A stretch of DNA of 64,000 nt from Alphaproteobacteria bacterium (GCA_965221125.1 CBDCRW010000005.1:320001-384000), one strand, 5' to 3'. Positions 1 to 10,350 are shown, counted from the stretch's first letter. Made by a program: numbers and translations. Notes: generated by a model from the sequence alone, not told the origin.

Positions 1-2
1 CC

Positions 3-182
3 CACTGGGGCGTGCCCGACCCTGCCGAGGCCGCCGGCACGGATGCGGAGATCCGCTACGCGTTCTCCGAGGCCCACCGCATGCTCCACGCGCGCATCTC
101 GATCTTCACCAGCCTGCCGCTCGCCAGCATCGGCCGGCTCGCGCTGCAGGAGCGCCTGGACGAGATCGGCAAGACGGCGTAG
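3..182 (+). CDS. arsC: Arsenate reductase, LMW-PTPase family (3' end, partial)
   Basis: Manual translation HWGVPDPAEAAGTDAEIRYAFSEAHRMLHARISIFTSLPLASIGRLALQERLDEIGKTA*; HW-x-x-x-DP motif typical of ArsC; runs off the window's left edge. Confidence 0.75.
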   Translation, partial: HWGVPDPAEAAGTDAEIRYAFSEAHRMLHARISIFTSLPLASIGRLALQERLDEIGKTA

Positions 183-246
183 CCGCCCCCTCCGCGCGCT
201 GTCAGCTCGCTGGTTCCCGTCGCACTCGGTCCCGATTGAGGCAGGG

Positions 247-323
<77 letters not shown>

Positions 324-591
324 TCTCGGCGGACCGCTGGCGCGCACCATAGGCAAGCCGGGCGCCTGCGGCAATGGCCTGGGCAAGAGAGTCGATCCGG
401 TCCGCGTGGGCCAGCGCCAACCCCCTCCTCACCCCAACCCTCTACTTGTTCATTTCCCTCAACGGCGGGCGCTCGCATCGCGCGCTTGCGCGCGTGGACG
501 CGCGACGCTCGCTTGCCTACGCGCTTCGCGCGCGGCGCGCCCGCGCCGTCCGGGCCTACGGCCCGGGAGTGCTCGCGCGGTGTTTTTTGTT

Positions 592-660
592 GCGCGCGGG
601 ACTCTGCGGGCGCGACTCTTCTTTCGCGCTCGCGACCCTTCGGGCGCGAGCGACACGCAC
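592..660. repeat. Palindromic two-unit repeat, copy 1 (unit CGCGCTCGCGACCCTTCGGGCGCGAG)
   Basis: Closely similar two-unit block recurs at ~1062-1131. Confidence 0.7.
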
Positions 661-870
661 CATGGTGCGGTGCACAGGGCGGGCGGGTGGAGGCAGGCTC
701 TGCGGATGCAGCGCGCAGAGCATCGCCCGTCCCGGACAGTCGGGCCGGAACGGCCGGAAAAAGCCTCCTGATGGCCGGTCGCTCGTCCAGCGGGCTTCTG
801 CCGCCCGCGATTCTGGCGCCGGTGCACGGGGAGGGAGAAGAGCGGCCCGATGGCTACGCCCCCAAGACGG

Positions 871-984
871 GCCAGTTTGGACCGTCATGAGCCACCTTGT
901 GCCACTTTGTGCCGCCCGTTTCGTGCCACCTTGTGCCACTTTGTGCCACCTTGTGCCGGCGTATGCCGGAATATGCCGCTTTAA
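871..984 (+). repeat. 10-bp tandem repeat array (GCCACYTTGT-like), locus A
   Basis: Units at 891, 901, 925, 935, 945 (gccaccttgt/gccactttgt), degenerate units at 871, 881, 911, 955, 965, 975. Confidence 0.85.
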
Positions 985-1028
985 AGCCTTTGTCGCTCAC
1001 GGCAGCCGGCCGTCCTCTGAGTCCGCGC
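981..1028 (-). repeat. Partial inverted copy of the ~110-nt structured repeat core
   Basis: Reverse complement contains ACGGCCGGCTGCCGTGAGCGACAAAG, as at 10520-10545. Confidence 0.7.
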
Positions 1029-1061
1029 TCACGATCCTGCGGGTGTGGGCGATTCTGGATT

Positions 1062-1131
1062 CCGCGCTCGCGACCCTTCGGGCGCGACTCTATCTTTCGC
1101 GCTCGCGACTCTTCGGGCGCGAGCGACGCCC
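1062..1131. repeat. Palindromic two-unit repeat, copy 2
   Basis: CGCGCTCGCGACCCTTCGGGCGCGACTCTATCTTTCGCGCTCGCGACTCTTCGGGCGCGAGCGAC resembles 592-660. Confidence 0.7.
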
Positions 1132-1192
1132 TTGTCGGCGGGGCGGTGTTCGCTATTCTGCCGCCGGCTCAGGCAAAGGGAGGGCGCAAGCC

Positions 1193-1903
1193 ATGCCGTC
1201 GATGCTGGTCACCGGGGCGAGCAGAGGGCTCGGCCTCGAGATGGTGCGCCAATTCGTGGGCGACGGCTGGCGCATCTACGCCTGCTGCCGCACGCCGGAG
1301 ACGGCGGACGACCTCGCCGCGCTCGCCGCCGATTCGGGCGGCCTCATCACGCTGCACACGCTCGACGTGAGCAAGCCGGATCAGGTCCGGGCGCTCGCGG
1401 ACGAGTTTCGCGGCACGCCCATCGACATGCTGGTGAACAACGCCGGCCTGCTCGGCTGCACCATCGACCAGATGGGGCCGGCCGCCTTCGGCAGCATCGA
1501 CTACGAGGCCTGGGCCAAGGTGCACGAGATCAACACCATGGCGCCGCTCCGCGTCACCGAGGCGTTCGTGGACCACGTGGCGGCGAGCGACCTGAAGCTG
1601 CTCTTCTTCATGTCCACCCACATGGGCTGCATCACGGAGCTTGCCGACGGCGGGCTCTATCCCTACCGCTCCAGCAAGGCGGCGCTGAACCTGCTGGTGA
1701 AGGGGCTCTCCATCGACTTGGCACCACGGGGCGTGCGCACCATCGCGGTCCACCCCGGCTGGGTGGTGACCGACATGGGCGGGCCGGACGCGCCGGTCAA
1801 CAAGGTGGACAGCATCGCCGGCATCCGCAGCGTGGTGGCGAACTACGGCGCGGAGCAGACCGGGTGCTTCTACCAGTACGACGGCAGGGAGCTGCCCTGG
1901 TAG
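1193..1903 (+). CDS. Short-chain dehydrogenase/reductase (CsgA/C-factor-like SDR)
   Basis: TGASRGLG, NNAG, YRSSKAALN, HPGWVVTDMGG motifs; GGGAGG RBS before ATG 1193. Confidence 0.92.
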   Translation: MPSMLVTGASRGLGLEMVRQFVGDGWRIYACCRTPETADDLAALAADSGGLITLHTLDVSKPDQVRALADEFRGTPIDMLVNNAGLLGCTIDQMGPAAFGSIDYEAWAKVHEINTMAPLRVTEAFVDHVAASDLKLLFFMSTHMGCITELADGGLYPYRSSKAALNLLVKGLSIDLAPRGVRTIAVHPGWVVTDMGGPDAPVNKVDSIAGIRSVVANYGAEQTGCFYQYDGRELPW

Positions 1904-1937
1904 CCGCCGGCCCGCGAGAGACGAGGGAGTATGAGCA

Positions 1938-3245
1938 ATGGCCGTGGACCTGGCTCAGGCCGCGAAACAGAAGAAGATCCGCTATTTCCTGATCAGCTTC
2001 GTGGACCTCTTCGGCGTGCTCAGGGCGAAGCTCGTGCCGGCCGCGGCGATCGGCGCCATGCAGGCCGACGGCGCGGGCTTCGCCGCCTTCGCCGCGTGGC
2101 TCGATTCGACGCCGGCCGAGCCCGACATGCTGGTGAAGCCCGACCCCGCCAGCCTGATCCAGCTGCCGTGGAAGCCGGAGGTCGGCTGGCTCGCCGGCGA
2201 TTGCTGGATGAACGGCGAGCCCATGCCGGACACGCCCCGCCTCAAGCTCAAGAGCACGCTGGAGGCGGCGAAGAAACAGGGGTATCGGGTCAAGACCGGG
2301 GTCGAGGCCGAGTACTTCATCGTGAGCGCGGACGGCACCGCGATCTCCGATGCGCTCGATACCCAGGCCAAGCCCTGCTACGACCAGGCGGCGCTGATGC
2401 GGCGCTACGACGTGGTCTCGGAAATCTGCGACGCCATGCTGAGCCTCGGCTGGGGGCCCTACCAGAACGACCACGAGGACGCGAACGGCCAGTTCGAGAT
2501 GAACTGGGAGTACGACGACGCGCTGGTGACCGCCGACCGCCACGTCTTCTTCAAGTACATGGTGAAGTCGCTGGCGGAGAAGCACGGGCTGCGCGCGACC
2601 TTCATGCCGAAGCCGTTCTCCAATCTCACGGGCAACGGCTGCCACGCCCACGTCTCGGTCTGGAACAATTCCGGGCGGAAGAACCTGTTTCACGACGCGA
2701 AGGGGGAGCTTGGCATCTCCGCGCTGGGCTACAAGTTCCTCGGCGGCATCATCCACCGGGCGCCGGCGCTCTGCGCGATCTGGAACCCGACCGTGAACAG
2801 CTACAAACGGATCAACGCGCCGGTCACGCTCTCCGGCGCCACGTGGTCGCCCAACCAGGTGGCCTACGGCGGCAACAATCGGTCCACCATGGTGCGCATC
2901 CCGGATGCCGGGCGCTTCGAGCTGCGGCTGATGGACGGCGCGGCCAACCCCTACCTGCTGCAGGCGGGCGTGGTCGTCGCCGGGCTCGACGGCATCGAGA
3001 ACGAGCGCGATCCCGGCGCGCGGACCGACCTCAACCTCTACGCCGAGGGCCACAAGCTGCGGGGCGCGCGGAAGCTGCCGCTCAACCTGCTGGATGCGCT
3101 CAGGCTCTTCGAGAAGGACAAGGTGGTGCGCGCCGGCTTCGGCGAGAGCTTCGTGAGGAGCTACGTCAAGCTCAAGACACGCGAGTGGAACGAATACGCC
3201 GGCACGATCTCCGACTGGGAGCGCAGCAACACGCTGGATTGCTAG
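1938..3245 (+). CDS. glnT: Type III glutamate-ammonia ligase (GlnT / gamma-glutamylmethylamide synthetase GmaS-like)
   Basis: YFLISFVDLFGVLRAKLVP, GFAAFAAW, YQNDHEDANGQFEMN, ATFMPKPF, RFELRLMDGAANPY. Confidence 0.9.
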   Translation: MAVDLAQAAKQKKIRYFLISFVDLFGVLRAKLVPAAAIGAMQADGAGFAAFAAWLDSTPAEPDMLVKPDPASLIQLPWKPEVGWLAGDCWMNGEPMPDTPRLKLKSTLEAAKKQGYRVKTGVEAEYFIVSADGTAISDALDTQAKPCYDQAALMRRYDVVSEICDAMLSLGWGPYQNDHEDANGQFEMNWEYDDALVTADRHVFFKYMVKSLAEKHGLRATFMPKPFSNLTGNGCHAHVSVWNNSGRKNLFHDAKGELGISALGYKFLGGIIHRAPALCAIWNPTVNSYKRINAPVTLSGATWSPNQVAYGGNNRSTMVRIPDAGRFELRLMDGAANPYLLQAGVVVAGLDGIENERDPGARTDLNLYAEGHKLRGARKLPLNLLDALRLFEKDKVVRAGFGESFVRSYVKLKTREWNEYAGTISDWERSNTLDC

Positions 3246-3352
3246 CGAGCGTCCGTCATCGACGGACGCTCGCTAGGCCGCGATAGCGGCCCGCCGCGAA
3301 TGCGGCGCCCTCGCGGAGGCGCTGGCCGCAGGCCAGCCGCCGTGAGCGAAAA
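3242..3352 (+). repeat. Structured dispersed repeat, internally shortened copy
   Basis: Hairpin CTAGCGAGCGTCCGTC-ATC-GACGGACGCTCGCTAG then GGCCGCGATAGCGGCCCGCCGCGAATGCGGCG...GCCGTGAGCGAAAAA; overlaps the glnT TAG stop. Confidence 0.8.
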
Positions 3353-3398
3353 AGGGGCAAGAGCGCCTCTGTATAAGACGAACACGCTCAAGGGCGGC

Positions 3399-3483
3399 TG
3401 GTGCGGGCGGTGAGACTCGAACTCACACTCCCGAAGGAACGGGTTTTTGAGACCCGCGCGTCTACCGATTCCGCCACGCCCGC
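3399..3483 (-). tRNA. tRNA-Leu(CAA)
   Basis: Reverse complement GCGGGCGTGGCGGAATCGGTAGACGCG-CGGGT-CTCAAAA-ACCCG, long variable arm, GTTCGAGTC, CCA end. Confidence 0.97.
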
Positions 3484-3560
3484 TTGCGCGCCAGCCGTAG
3501 CACCCGTCATAGCGCCTTGGTGCGCGCAAGGCCACCGCGCTTGAGAAAAGTGATTAGCTT

Positions 3561-3737
3561 GAGCGCGTCCGTCTGAGACGGGCGCGCGATAGGCCGCGAC
3601 CGCGGCCCGCCGCGTATGCGGCGCGCCCGCGCAGGCGCCGGCCGTCGCGCCGATAGGCGCGCGCAAGCGCACGACGGCCGGCTGCCGTGAGCGAGAAATG
3701 CTTAGAGCGCGTCCGTCTCTTGCGGACGCGCTCTAAG
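3561..3737 (+). repeat. Structured dispersed repeat, full copy (hairpin-core-hairpin)
   Basis: Core 3591-3698 nearly identical to 10437-10544; terminal hairpin CTTAGAGCGCGTCCG...CGGACGCGCTCTAAG overlaps the ppx stop. Confidence 0.9.
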
Positions 3738-5298
3738 CACCCGTCTCCAGCGAGAGGGTGCAGCCGAGGGCGCGGGCCAGCGCGTCGGCCGCCGACAGCG
3801 CCTTGCCCGACACCAGCGGCCGGTGCTCGGGCGCGATGCGGAGCACGAGGCGGTCCTCCTCCGCCGCAAGCCGCGATCCGTCGAGCACCGCAGGCTCCCC
3901 GCAGGAGAGCCGCTCCGCCAGCCTGAGCGCGAGCCCGAGGGCGCGGGCCTCGGCCTCTGCCCCGTCGGGCAGCAGCCGGCTCGCGGCGCGGTCCGCCTCG
4001 GCGGGGAGGCCGGACTTGTAGCGCTGGGCCACGGCGAGCGCGAGGAAGACGCGGCCCGGATGGTCGATGCCGACGAAGGGCGCGCGCGCGATGCGCTGGA
4101 AGGCGTCGGCCGCGCGGAGGTCCGGGTGCTGACGCCAGGCGATCTCGGAGAGGAAGGCGGCCGCCGGCAGCACGCCCCGGTGCGCTTCGAGGGCAGGCAG
4201 CGTCGCCCGCGCGAGCCAGGATTGGAGCGCCTCGGCATAGGCGAGGGAGCGGCCGTCGCGCCGCGCGATGGCGCGGCAGGCGTCGTGCAGCGGGTCCTGC
4301 GCGCGCACCGCCTGCGGCAGCCTGTCGAAGAGCAGGCCCTCGCGCAGCCCGAAGGCGGAGAACAGCACGTCGCTCGGCCGCGCGCTCTCCAGCAGCGCGA
4401 TCAGGACCGAGGCGCCGCTCGGCACGGTCGCGAGCCGCCGGGGCCACATGCCCTCCGGCCCCGGCTTGAGCGTGGCGGGATCGGCAACGGCGAACGCCTT
4501 GGCGGCTTTGCGGGCTTCCGCCGCCGCCATGCGGTAGTGATGGACGACGGCGATGGGGTGCTGCTCGGCGGCCATGCGGAGCCGCGCCAGCGCCCGCCAC
4601 GCACCGCCCACGAGGTAGACGGGCTCGCCCCGCACGCGTTCTAGCCAGTTGAGCGCTTGCAGCCGTTCCGCCGCGAGCGCGGCGCGGCGGCCGGGCTTGA
4701 GGCTGCCGAGGCGGAGCACGCCGAGCGGGAGCGTCGCGTGCTCGGCAAGCTTTCCCTTCTCGAGGCGCACCAGCTCGAGGCTGCCGCCGCCGAGGTCCGC
4801 CATCAGCCCGCTCGCGCCGGGGAACGCCGAGACCACGCCGAGCGCCGCGTAGCGGGCCTCTTCCTCGCCCGTGAGCACCCGGAGCGAGAAGCCGGCCTCG
4901 CGGGCCACGGCCGCGCGGAAGCGCTCGCCGTCGCTGGCGTCGCGCACCGCCGCCGTGGTCACGGCGTCGAGCGGGCCGACGCCGAGCGCCCGTGCTGCCG
5001 CGGAGAAGCGCCGCAGCGCATCGAGCGCGGGCGCCACCGCGTCCGGCGCGAGCGCCCCGGTCTCGCCCAGGGTAGCGCCGAGGCCGCACAGCTCGCGCTC
5101 GTTGAAGACCGGCGCGGGTGCGCGCGTGAGCCCTTCGAAGACCACGAGGCGGATCGAGTTCGAGCCTACGTCGAGCACGCCGTAGGGCGCTTTGGCAGCC
5201 GCGGCAACGGCCGCCGGCGCTGACGGGAAGCGCTCGGGCCCGACTGCCAACGGCGCCGCGTCGGCCATGAGGCGGGCGGCCCCCTGCTGCTCCGTCAC
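3733..5298 (-). CDS. ppx: Exopolyphosphatase Ppx/GppA
   Basis: [36 protein letters not shown] motifs; follows ppk1. Confidence 0.93.
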   Translation of the reverse strand: MTEQQGAARLMADAAPLAVGPERFPSAPAAVAAAAKAPYGVLDVGSNSIRLVVFEGLTRAPAPVFNERELCGLGATLGETGALAPDAVAPALDALRRFSAAARALGVGPLDAVTTAAVRDASDGERFRAAVAREAGFSLRVLTGEEEARYAALGVVSAFPGASGLMADLGGGSLELVRLEKGKLAEHATLPLGVLRLGSLKPGRRAALAAERLQALNWLERVRGEPVYLVGGAWRALARLRMAAEQHPIAVVHHYRMAAAEARKAAKAFAVADPATLKPGPEGMWPRRLATVPSGASVLIALLESARPSDVLFSAFGLREGLLFDRLPQAVRAQDPLHDACRAIARRDGRSLAYAEALQSWLARATLPALEAHRGVLPAAAFLSEIAWRQHPDLRAADAFQRIARAPFVGIDHPGRVFLALAVAQRYKSGLPAEADRAASRLLPDGAEAEARALGLALRLAERLSCGEPAVLDGSRLAAEEDRLVLRIAPEHRPLVSGKALSAADALARALGCTLSLETGA

Positions 5299-7454
5299 GC
5301 GTCGTCCGGCTCGCCGCTCGTCTCCGCCACTGCACGCAGCGGCTCGCGCCGCGCCGTGCCGCGGCCGGAGAGCGACGGGTTGGTCATGAAGAAGCGGTGG
5401 GCGTTGAAGGGATCGCCATCGGGCGCGAGCCGGGTGAAGGCACCGTCAGCGTCGAGCGTCCAGCTCTGCTCGTTGTCCCTGAAGTTCGCGGTCATGATCT
5501 GATCGAGGATCTGCTCGTGCACCGTCGGGTTCTCGATCGGCACCATGAGCTCGACGCGCCTGTCCAGGTTGCGCCCCATCCAGTCGGCCGACGAGATGAA
5601 CAGCCTGGCCTGCGGCGAGGGCAGGCCGTGGCCCGCGCCGAAGCACATGATGCGGGAGTGCTCGAGGAAGCGGCCGACGATGCTCTTCACCCAGATGTTC
5701 TCCGAAAGCCCCGGCACGCCGGGGCGCAGGCAGCAGATGCCGCGCACCACCAGGTCGATGGAGACGCCTGCGGCGGAGGCGGCGTAGAGCGCCTCGATCA
5801 CCTCGGGGTCGACCAGCGAGTTGAGCTTGACCCAGATCGCCGCCGGCCGGCCGGCGAGCGCGTGGGCGGCCTCCGCCTCGATCAGCTCGTCCAGGGCGGA
5901 GCGCATGCCGAGCGGCGCCACCGCGAGCTTCTCGTAGCGTTCCGGCGCGGCGCCGCCGGTCAGGTAGTTGAAGAGCAGCGCCGCATCGCGGCAGAACGCC
6001 GGCTCGCAGGTGAAGAACGAGAGGTCCGTGTAGATGGCGGCAGTGATGGGGTGATAGTTGCCGGTGCCGTAGTGGACGTAGCTGCGCAGGCCGTCGGCCT
6101 CGCGGCGCGCCACCAGCGATGCCTTGGCGTGGGTCTTGAGGTCCATGAAGCCGTAGACCACCTGGGCGCCGGCGCGCTCCAGGTCACGCGCCCAGCGGAT
6201 GTTCGCCGCCTCGTCGAAGCGCGCCTTGAGCTCGACCAGCGCAGTGACGGACTTGCCCGCCTCCGCCGCCTCGATCAGCGCGTTCACGATGGGCGAATCG
6301 TTGCTGGTGCGGTAGAGGGTTTGCTTGATCGCGATCACGTCCGGATCCCGCGCCGCCTGGCGCAGGAACTGGACGACGACGTCGAAGCTCTCGTAGGGGT
6401 GGTGGACGAGGATGTCCTTGGCCCTGATCGCGGCGAAGCAGTCGCCGCCGAAGTCGCGAATCCGCTCGGGGAAGCGCGCGCGGTAGGGCGGGAACTCGAG
6501 GTCGGCCCGGCCGCACTTGATGAGCATCGAGATATCCGCGAGCCCGAGAATCCCCTCGACCTTGACCACGTCGCGGCGGTCGACGTGAAGCTGGTCGGTG
6601 AGGAATTCCAGCATGCTGAGGGGCATCGTGGAATCGACCTCGAGCCGGATGACGCTGCCGCGGCGGCGCCGCTTGAGCGCGCTCTCGAACGAGTGCACCA
6701 GGTCCTCCGCTTCCTCCTCCAGCTCGATGTCGCTGTCGCGGACGATGCGGAACCGGCCCACCGCGCGCGGCGCGAAGCCGGGGAACAGCCGGTCGAGATA
6801 AAGCTCCACCACGTCTTCCAGCGCGATGAAGCGAACCTCGCCCCGCTCGCCCTCGGGCAGGCGGATGAAGCGCTCCACCTGGCTCGGGATGCGCACCAGC
6901 GAGGGCACCTGACGCCGGGTGCCCTGCTCCACCAGCTCGAGCGCCAGGCTGAAGCCGAGATTCGGGATGAACGGGAAGGGGTGCGCCGGGTCGATCGCAA
7001 GCGGCGTCAGCACCGGGAAGAGGCGGTCGATGAAGTAATCGTCGAGCCACTGGCGCTCGTCGTCGCGAAGCCGGTCGGCGGAGAGGATCGCGATGCCCGC
7101 CTCGGCCAGCTCGGCGCGGAGCGCGAGCCAGCGCTCCTGCTGCTGCGCCATGAGCCGATTGGCGCGCGCGTTGACCGCGCGAATCTGCGCCGCCGGGCTG
7201 AGGCCGTCCTGCGAGGCGTCGAGGATGCCGGCCTCGACCTGGCCGTGCAGCCCGGCCACGCGGACCATGTAGAACTCGTCGAGGTTGGACGCCGAGATCG
7301 AGAGGAAGCGCAGGCGCTCGAGCACCGGGTGGTCGAGGTTCTCGGCCTCCTCCATCACCCGCTCGTTGAAGGCGAGCCAGCTCAGCTCGCGGTTGATGAA
7401 CTTGTCGGACGGCGCGAAGCTCCTTGGCTCGACCGCCCGCTTGGCTTTCGCCAT
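5295..7454 (-). CDS. ppk1: Polyphosphate kinase 1
   Basis: [64 protein letters not shown]; likely start ATG 7454. Confidence 0.97.
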   Translation of the reverse strand: MAKAKRAVEPRSFAPSDKFINRELSWLAFNERVMEEAENLDHPVLERLRFLSISASNLDEFYMVRVAGLHGQVEAGILDASQDGLSPAAQIRAVNARANRLMAQQQERWLALRAELAEAGIAILSADRLRDDERQWLDDYFIDRLFPVLTPLAIDPAHPFPFIPNLGFSLALELVEQGTRRQVPSLVRIPSQVERFIRLPEGERGEVRFIALEDVVELYLDRLFPGFAPRAVGRFRIVRDSDIELEEEAEDLVHSFESALKRRRRGSVIRLEVDSTMPLSMLEFLTDQLHVDRRDVVKVEGILGLADISMLIKCGRADLEFPPYRARFPERIRDFGGDCFAAIRAKDILVHHPYESFDVVVQFLRQAARDPDVIAIKQTLYRTSNDSPIVNALIEAAEAGKSVTALVELKARFDEAANIRWARDLERAGAQVVYGFMDLKTHAKASLVARREADGLRSYVHYGTGNYHPITAAIYTDLSFFTCEPAFCRDAALLFNYLTGGAAPERYEKLAVAPLGMRSALDELIEAEAAHALAGRPAAIWVKLNSLVDPEVIEALYAASAAGVSIDLVVRGICCLRPGVPGLSENIWVKSIVGRFLEHSRIMCFGAGHGLPSPQARLFISSADWMGRNLDRRVELMVPIENPTVHEQILDQIMTANFRDNEQSWTLDADGAFTRLAPDGDPFNAHRFFMTNPSLSGRGTARREPLRAVAETSGEPDDA

Positions 7455-7575
7455 TCGGCTGCTCCCGCGTCCCTGCATATGTGGCGTGATTCGCGGTTTC
7501 CTACAATACGGCGATCGCTGCCGCGAGACAAAATCGCACCGTGCCGGTGTCGCAGCGGTGCTTGCGCCCTGCGGC

Positions 7576-8271
7576 TCAAGTCTCGGGCGGCGTGCCGGAG
7601 CCGGCCTCGCCGCGCGCGAGCACGCTGCGCACGAAGGGCACGGTGACCGGCCTGCCTTCGGCGAGCGCCGCGCGATCCAGCCGTTCCACGAGGCGCGCCA
7701 CGGCCTCGAAGGTGCGCTCAATGCGGGGCACGACGTAGGCAGGCACCTCGGGCGCCACCACGATCTGCCTGTCCGCGAAGAGCTTGACCATGAGGGCGGC
7801 GAGCAGCGCGTCGTCCGGCAGGCCGATCGCCACCGCCGGCGCCAGGCGCAGCCGGGAGACGAGATCGGGGAGCGTGAGCGGCCAGAGCGCCGGCGGGGCC
7901 AAGGCGGTGAGCAGCAGGTGGCCGCCCCGCTCGGCGACGTTGTTGTAGGTGTGCAGGAGGGCGCGCTCGTCGAGCGGCGCGTCCAGCCCGTCCACGACCA
8001 GCGCGCCCGGCGCATCCCCGCCGCCGGTCGAGGCCTGAGTGAGAGCAGACGCATCGAGGGTCTCGGCGCCGCTGCGGCGCCGCCAGACCTCGGCGAGATG
8101 GCTCTTGCCCGAGCGGGGCGGCCCGTGGATCACGAGCGCTGGGCCCGGCCACTCCGGCCAGCGGTCGAGCCACGCCACCGCCGCCTCGTTGCAGGGCGCC
8201 ACCAGAAAATCCTCCCGCCCGAGAGCGGGGCGGACGCCCCAGTCGAAGGTGCGCTGTTGGCTAGCCCGCAT
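7576..8271 (-). CDS. hdaA: DnaA regulatory inactivator HdaA
   Basis: N-terminal clamp-binding-like [17 protein letters not shown], Walker [19 protein letters not shown]; conserved synteny with ppk1. Confidence 0.88.
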   Translation of the reverse strand: MRASQQRTFDWGVRPALGREDFLVAPCNEAAVAWLDRWPEWPGPALVIHGPPRSGKSHLAEVWRRRSGAETLDASALTQASTGGGDAPGALVVDGLDAPLDERALLHTYNNVAERGGHLLLTALAPPALWPLTLPDLVSRLRLAPAVAIGLPDDALLAALMVKLFADRQIVVAPEVPAYVVPRIERTFEAVARLVERLDRAALAEGRPVTVPFVRSVLARGEAGSGTPPET

Positions 8272-8283
8272 TTCTCACCAAGA

Positions 8284-9519
8284 TCAGCTTGCGTCATTCT
8301 CGGCGCCGTGTTCGGCCTCGCCTGGGGCAGATTCGTCAGGCGCTTTCGGCTCCGGTTCGGCGGCACGGGGGGCCAGCACCCACTCGTCCGCCAGGGGCTC
8401 GAGAGCCAGGTCGTTCTGGTCGAGGGCGAGGCGAAGCTGGTCGGCCGTGCCGTGGTAGCGGAGGGTGAGCCGGGCCTCGCGCACCGAGAGGGAGTCGATC
8501 TCGACCGCGGCGACCATGGCGAGCGCCGCGAGGCGCTGCTGGATCGAGACCCATTCGCCGAGGCTCGCGATCGGAACGGTCGCCTGGAGCGCGTGGTCCT
8601 CGCCGTAGCGGATCAGGTTCGCGGCCTTCCAGGCGTCCTCCAGCAGAGTGACGATCCTGTCGGTACCGCGCTCCAGCAGCGCGCGTTCGCTCTCGTCCGC
8701 GCGGCCGATCAGCGTCTTCTGGACTGCTCCGTTTCCGCCCGCCGCGATCCGGCGCAGCGAGAGCGTGAGCGCGCGCCCGGCCGCCGGGGTCTCGCCGTCC
8801 GCACCCTCCGCCTCCTCTACAGCGGGCGCGGAGGGTTTTGCAACGGCTGCGGAGCCCGAAAGCCCGGCGACCGCGACGGCCACCTCGCTCGTGCCGTAAA
8901 GATCGCCGAGCGCGGTCAGTGCCTCCGTGTCGGACGCCAGCGCCCGCGCGGCGTCCACCGTGCCGAGGTCGATGATGTCGCCGAGCGGCAGGAGGATCGG
9001 CACCAGGCCGCCGTGGGGCGGGCGCTCCTCCCACGCCCGGCGCCAGCGGTTTCCGACCTCCCACAGTTTCGTGCCGCCGGGGTCGCGCTGAACCGCCACG
9101 ACGAGGACCGGCTTGCTCACGGTCTCGGCATAGGCGATGCCGCTCTCGCGCAGCAGGCGGCGCACCTCGGTGGGGTCGAAATCCACGGTCAGCGATGCGC
9201 GGTAGCGGGTGGTCGAGACCAGCTCGCCGTCGATCTCGAAGCCGGCGACCATCGCTGCGATGGAGTCCGCGGGCGGCGCCGGCAGAGGCGTGCCTGCGAC
9301 CGTGAGGCGGCGCAGCAGGACCTCGAGCGCGGCGTGCTGGCCGGCCGCGATGGCAAGCTCGCGCGCTGCCGCCGACGACGCGGCCTCGGCATCGATGGGA
9401 ACATGGGCGACGGTGAACACGCCCTCGCCCCGCGCCACGCCGGCGGCGAGGAACAGCGTCAGCGCGCAGACGAGCGCGATGCAGCGCGAAGCGGTGGCGA
9501 GACGTGCCGGTCCACCCAT
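8284..9519 (-). CDS. DUF2066-family exported protein
   Basis: Signal peptide, VFTVAHVPIDAEA...AAREL, YRASLTVDFDP, PILLPLGD; usual position between hdaA and pur genes. Confidence 0.75.
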   Translation of the reverse strand: MGGPARLATASRCIALVCALTLFLAAGVARGEGVFTVAHVPIDAEAASSAAARELAIAAGQHAALEVLLRRLTVAGTPLPAPPADSIAAMVAGFEIDGELVSTTRYRASLTVDFDPTEVRRLLRESGIAYAETVSKPVLVVAVQRDPGGTKLWEVGNRWRRAWEERPPHGGLVPILLPLGDIIDLGTVDAARALASDTEALTALGDLYGTSEVAVAVAGLSGSAAVAKPSAPAVEEAEGADGETPAAGRALTLSLRRIAAGGNGAVQKTLIGRADESERALLERGTDRIVTLLEDAWKAANLIRYGEDHALQATVPIASLGEWVSIQQRLAALAMVAAVEIDSLSVREARLTLRYHGTADQLRLALDQNDLALEPLADEWVLAPRAAEPEPKAPDESAPGEAEHGAENDAS

Positions 9520-9684
9520 CGTTCAGACCCTGTCATCCGGCCGGGCGGGATAGGGCCAGTAGCGGCCCCCCGATGGCGGCCCCGGACCCGCGCCTCAGGG
9601 TATCATGGGGCCAGGAGCAAGACGACCGGCGGCAGCGACCGACGGTAGACATCGGACGCTTGCCGGACGGCGGCGGGAGGCGAC

Positions 9685-10338
9685 ATGGCGCGGCTGAAGG
9701 TAGGCGTCCTGATCTCGGGCAGCGGGACCAACCTGCAGGCCCTCATCGACGATTGCGCCCGCGCCGATGCGGTGAGCGAGATCGCGCTCGTGCTCTCCAA
9801 CCGGGCCGACGCCTTCGGGCTCACGCGAGCCGCAGAGGCCGGTCTGCCGCATTGCACGATCGATCACCGGGAATACGGCACGCGGGCGGATTTCGAGCGG
9901 GCGTTGAGCGCGGCGCTGGAGGCGAGCAGCGTCGAGCTGGTCTGCCTCGCCGGCTTCATGCGCGTGCTCACGGCGGAATTCGTGGAGCGCTGGCGCGACC
10001 GGCTGATCAACATCCACCCCTCGCTGCTGCCCGCGTTCAAGGGGCTGGATACCCACGCGAGGGCCATCGCGGCCGGTGTGCGCATCGCCGGCTGCACGGT
10101 TCACTTCGTCCGCCCGGAGGTGGACAACGGGCCGATCGTCGTCCAGGCGGCGGTGCCGGTCCAGCCGGACGATACGGCGGAGAGCCTCGCGGCCCGCGTG
10201 CTGCGCGAGGAGCACCGCTGCCTGCCGCTCGCCGTGCGCCTGATCGCCCAGGGCCGGGTCTCGGTCGCGGGCGAGCGCTGCGTCATCGATGCGGCGGGGC
10301 CGGGCGGCGCACTCGTCAACCCCGCGCCGGAAACATAG
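9685..10338 (+). CDS. purN: Phosphoribosylglycinamide formyltransferase
   Basis: LISGSGTNLQALI, LAGFMRVL, INIHPSLLP, GCTVHFV, D-x-GPI; GGAGG RBS. Confidence 0.97.
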   Translation: MARLKVGVLISGSGTNLQALIDDCARADAVSEIALVLSNRADAFGLTRAAEAGLPHCTIDHREYGTRADFERALSAALEASSVELVCLAGFMRVLTAEFVERWRDRLINIHPSLLPAFKGLDTHARAIAAGVRIAGCTVHFVRPEVDNGPIVVQAAVPVQPDDTAESLAARVLREEHRCLPLAVRLIAQGRVSVAGERCVIDAAGPGGALVNPAPET

Positions 10339-10350
10339 GCACATAAGGAG

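Noticed and set aside
871-984. Possible CRISPR array (also 60734-60888)
   Set aside because: Units are contiguous 10-mers without unique spacers; no cas genes in the window
374-1192. Long N-terminal extension of the SDR (509-aa ORF) and overlapping ORFs
   Set aside because: The frame runs through GC-rich repeats; the RBS and SDR fold begin at ATG 1193
5397-9648. Large plus-strand ORFs (749 aa, 787 aa) and similar long shadow ORFs across the window
   Set aside because: Antisense or alternate-frame artefacts of ~70% GC coding DNA overlapping well-supported genes; no motifs
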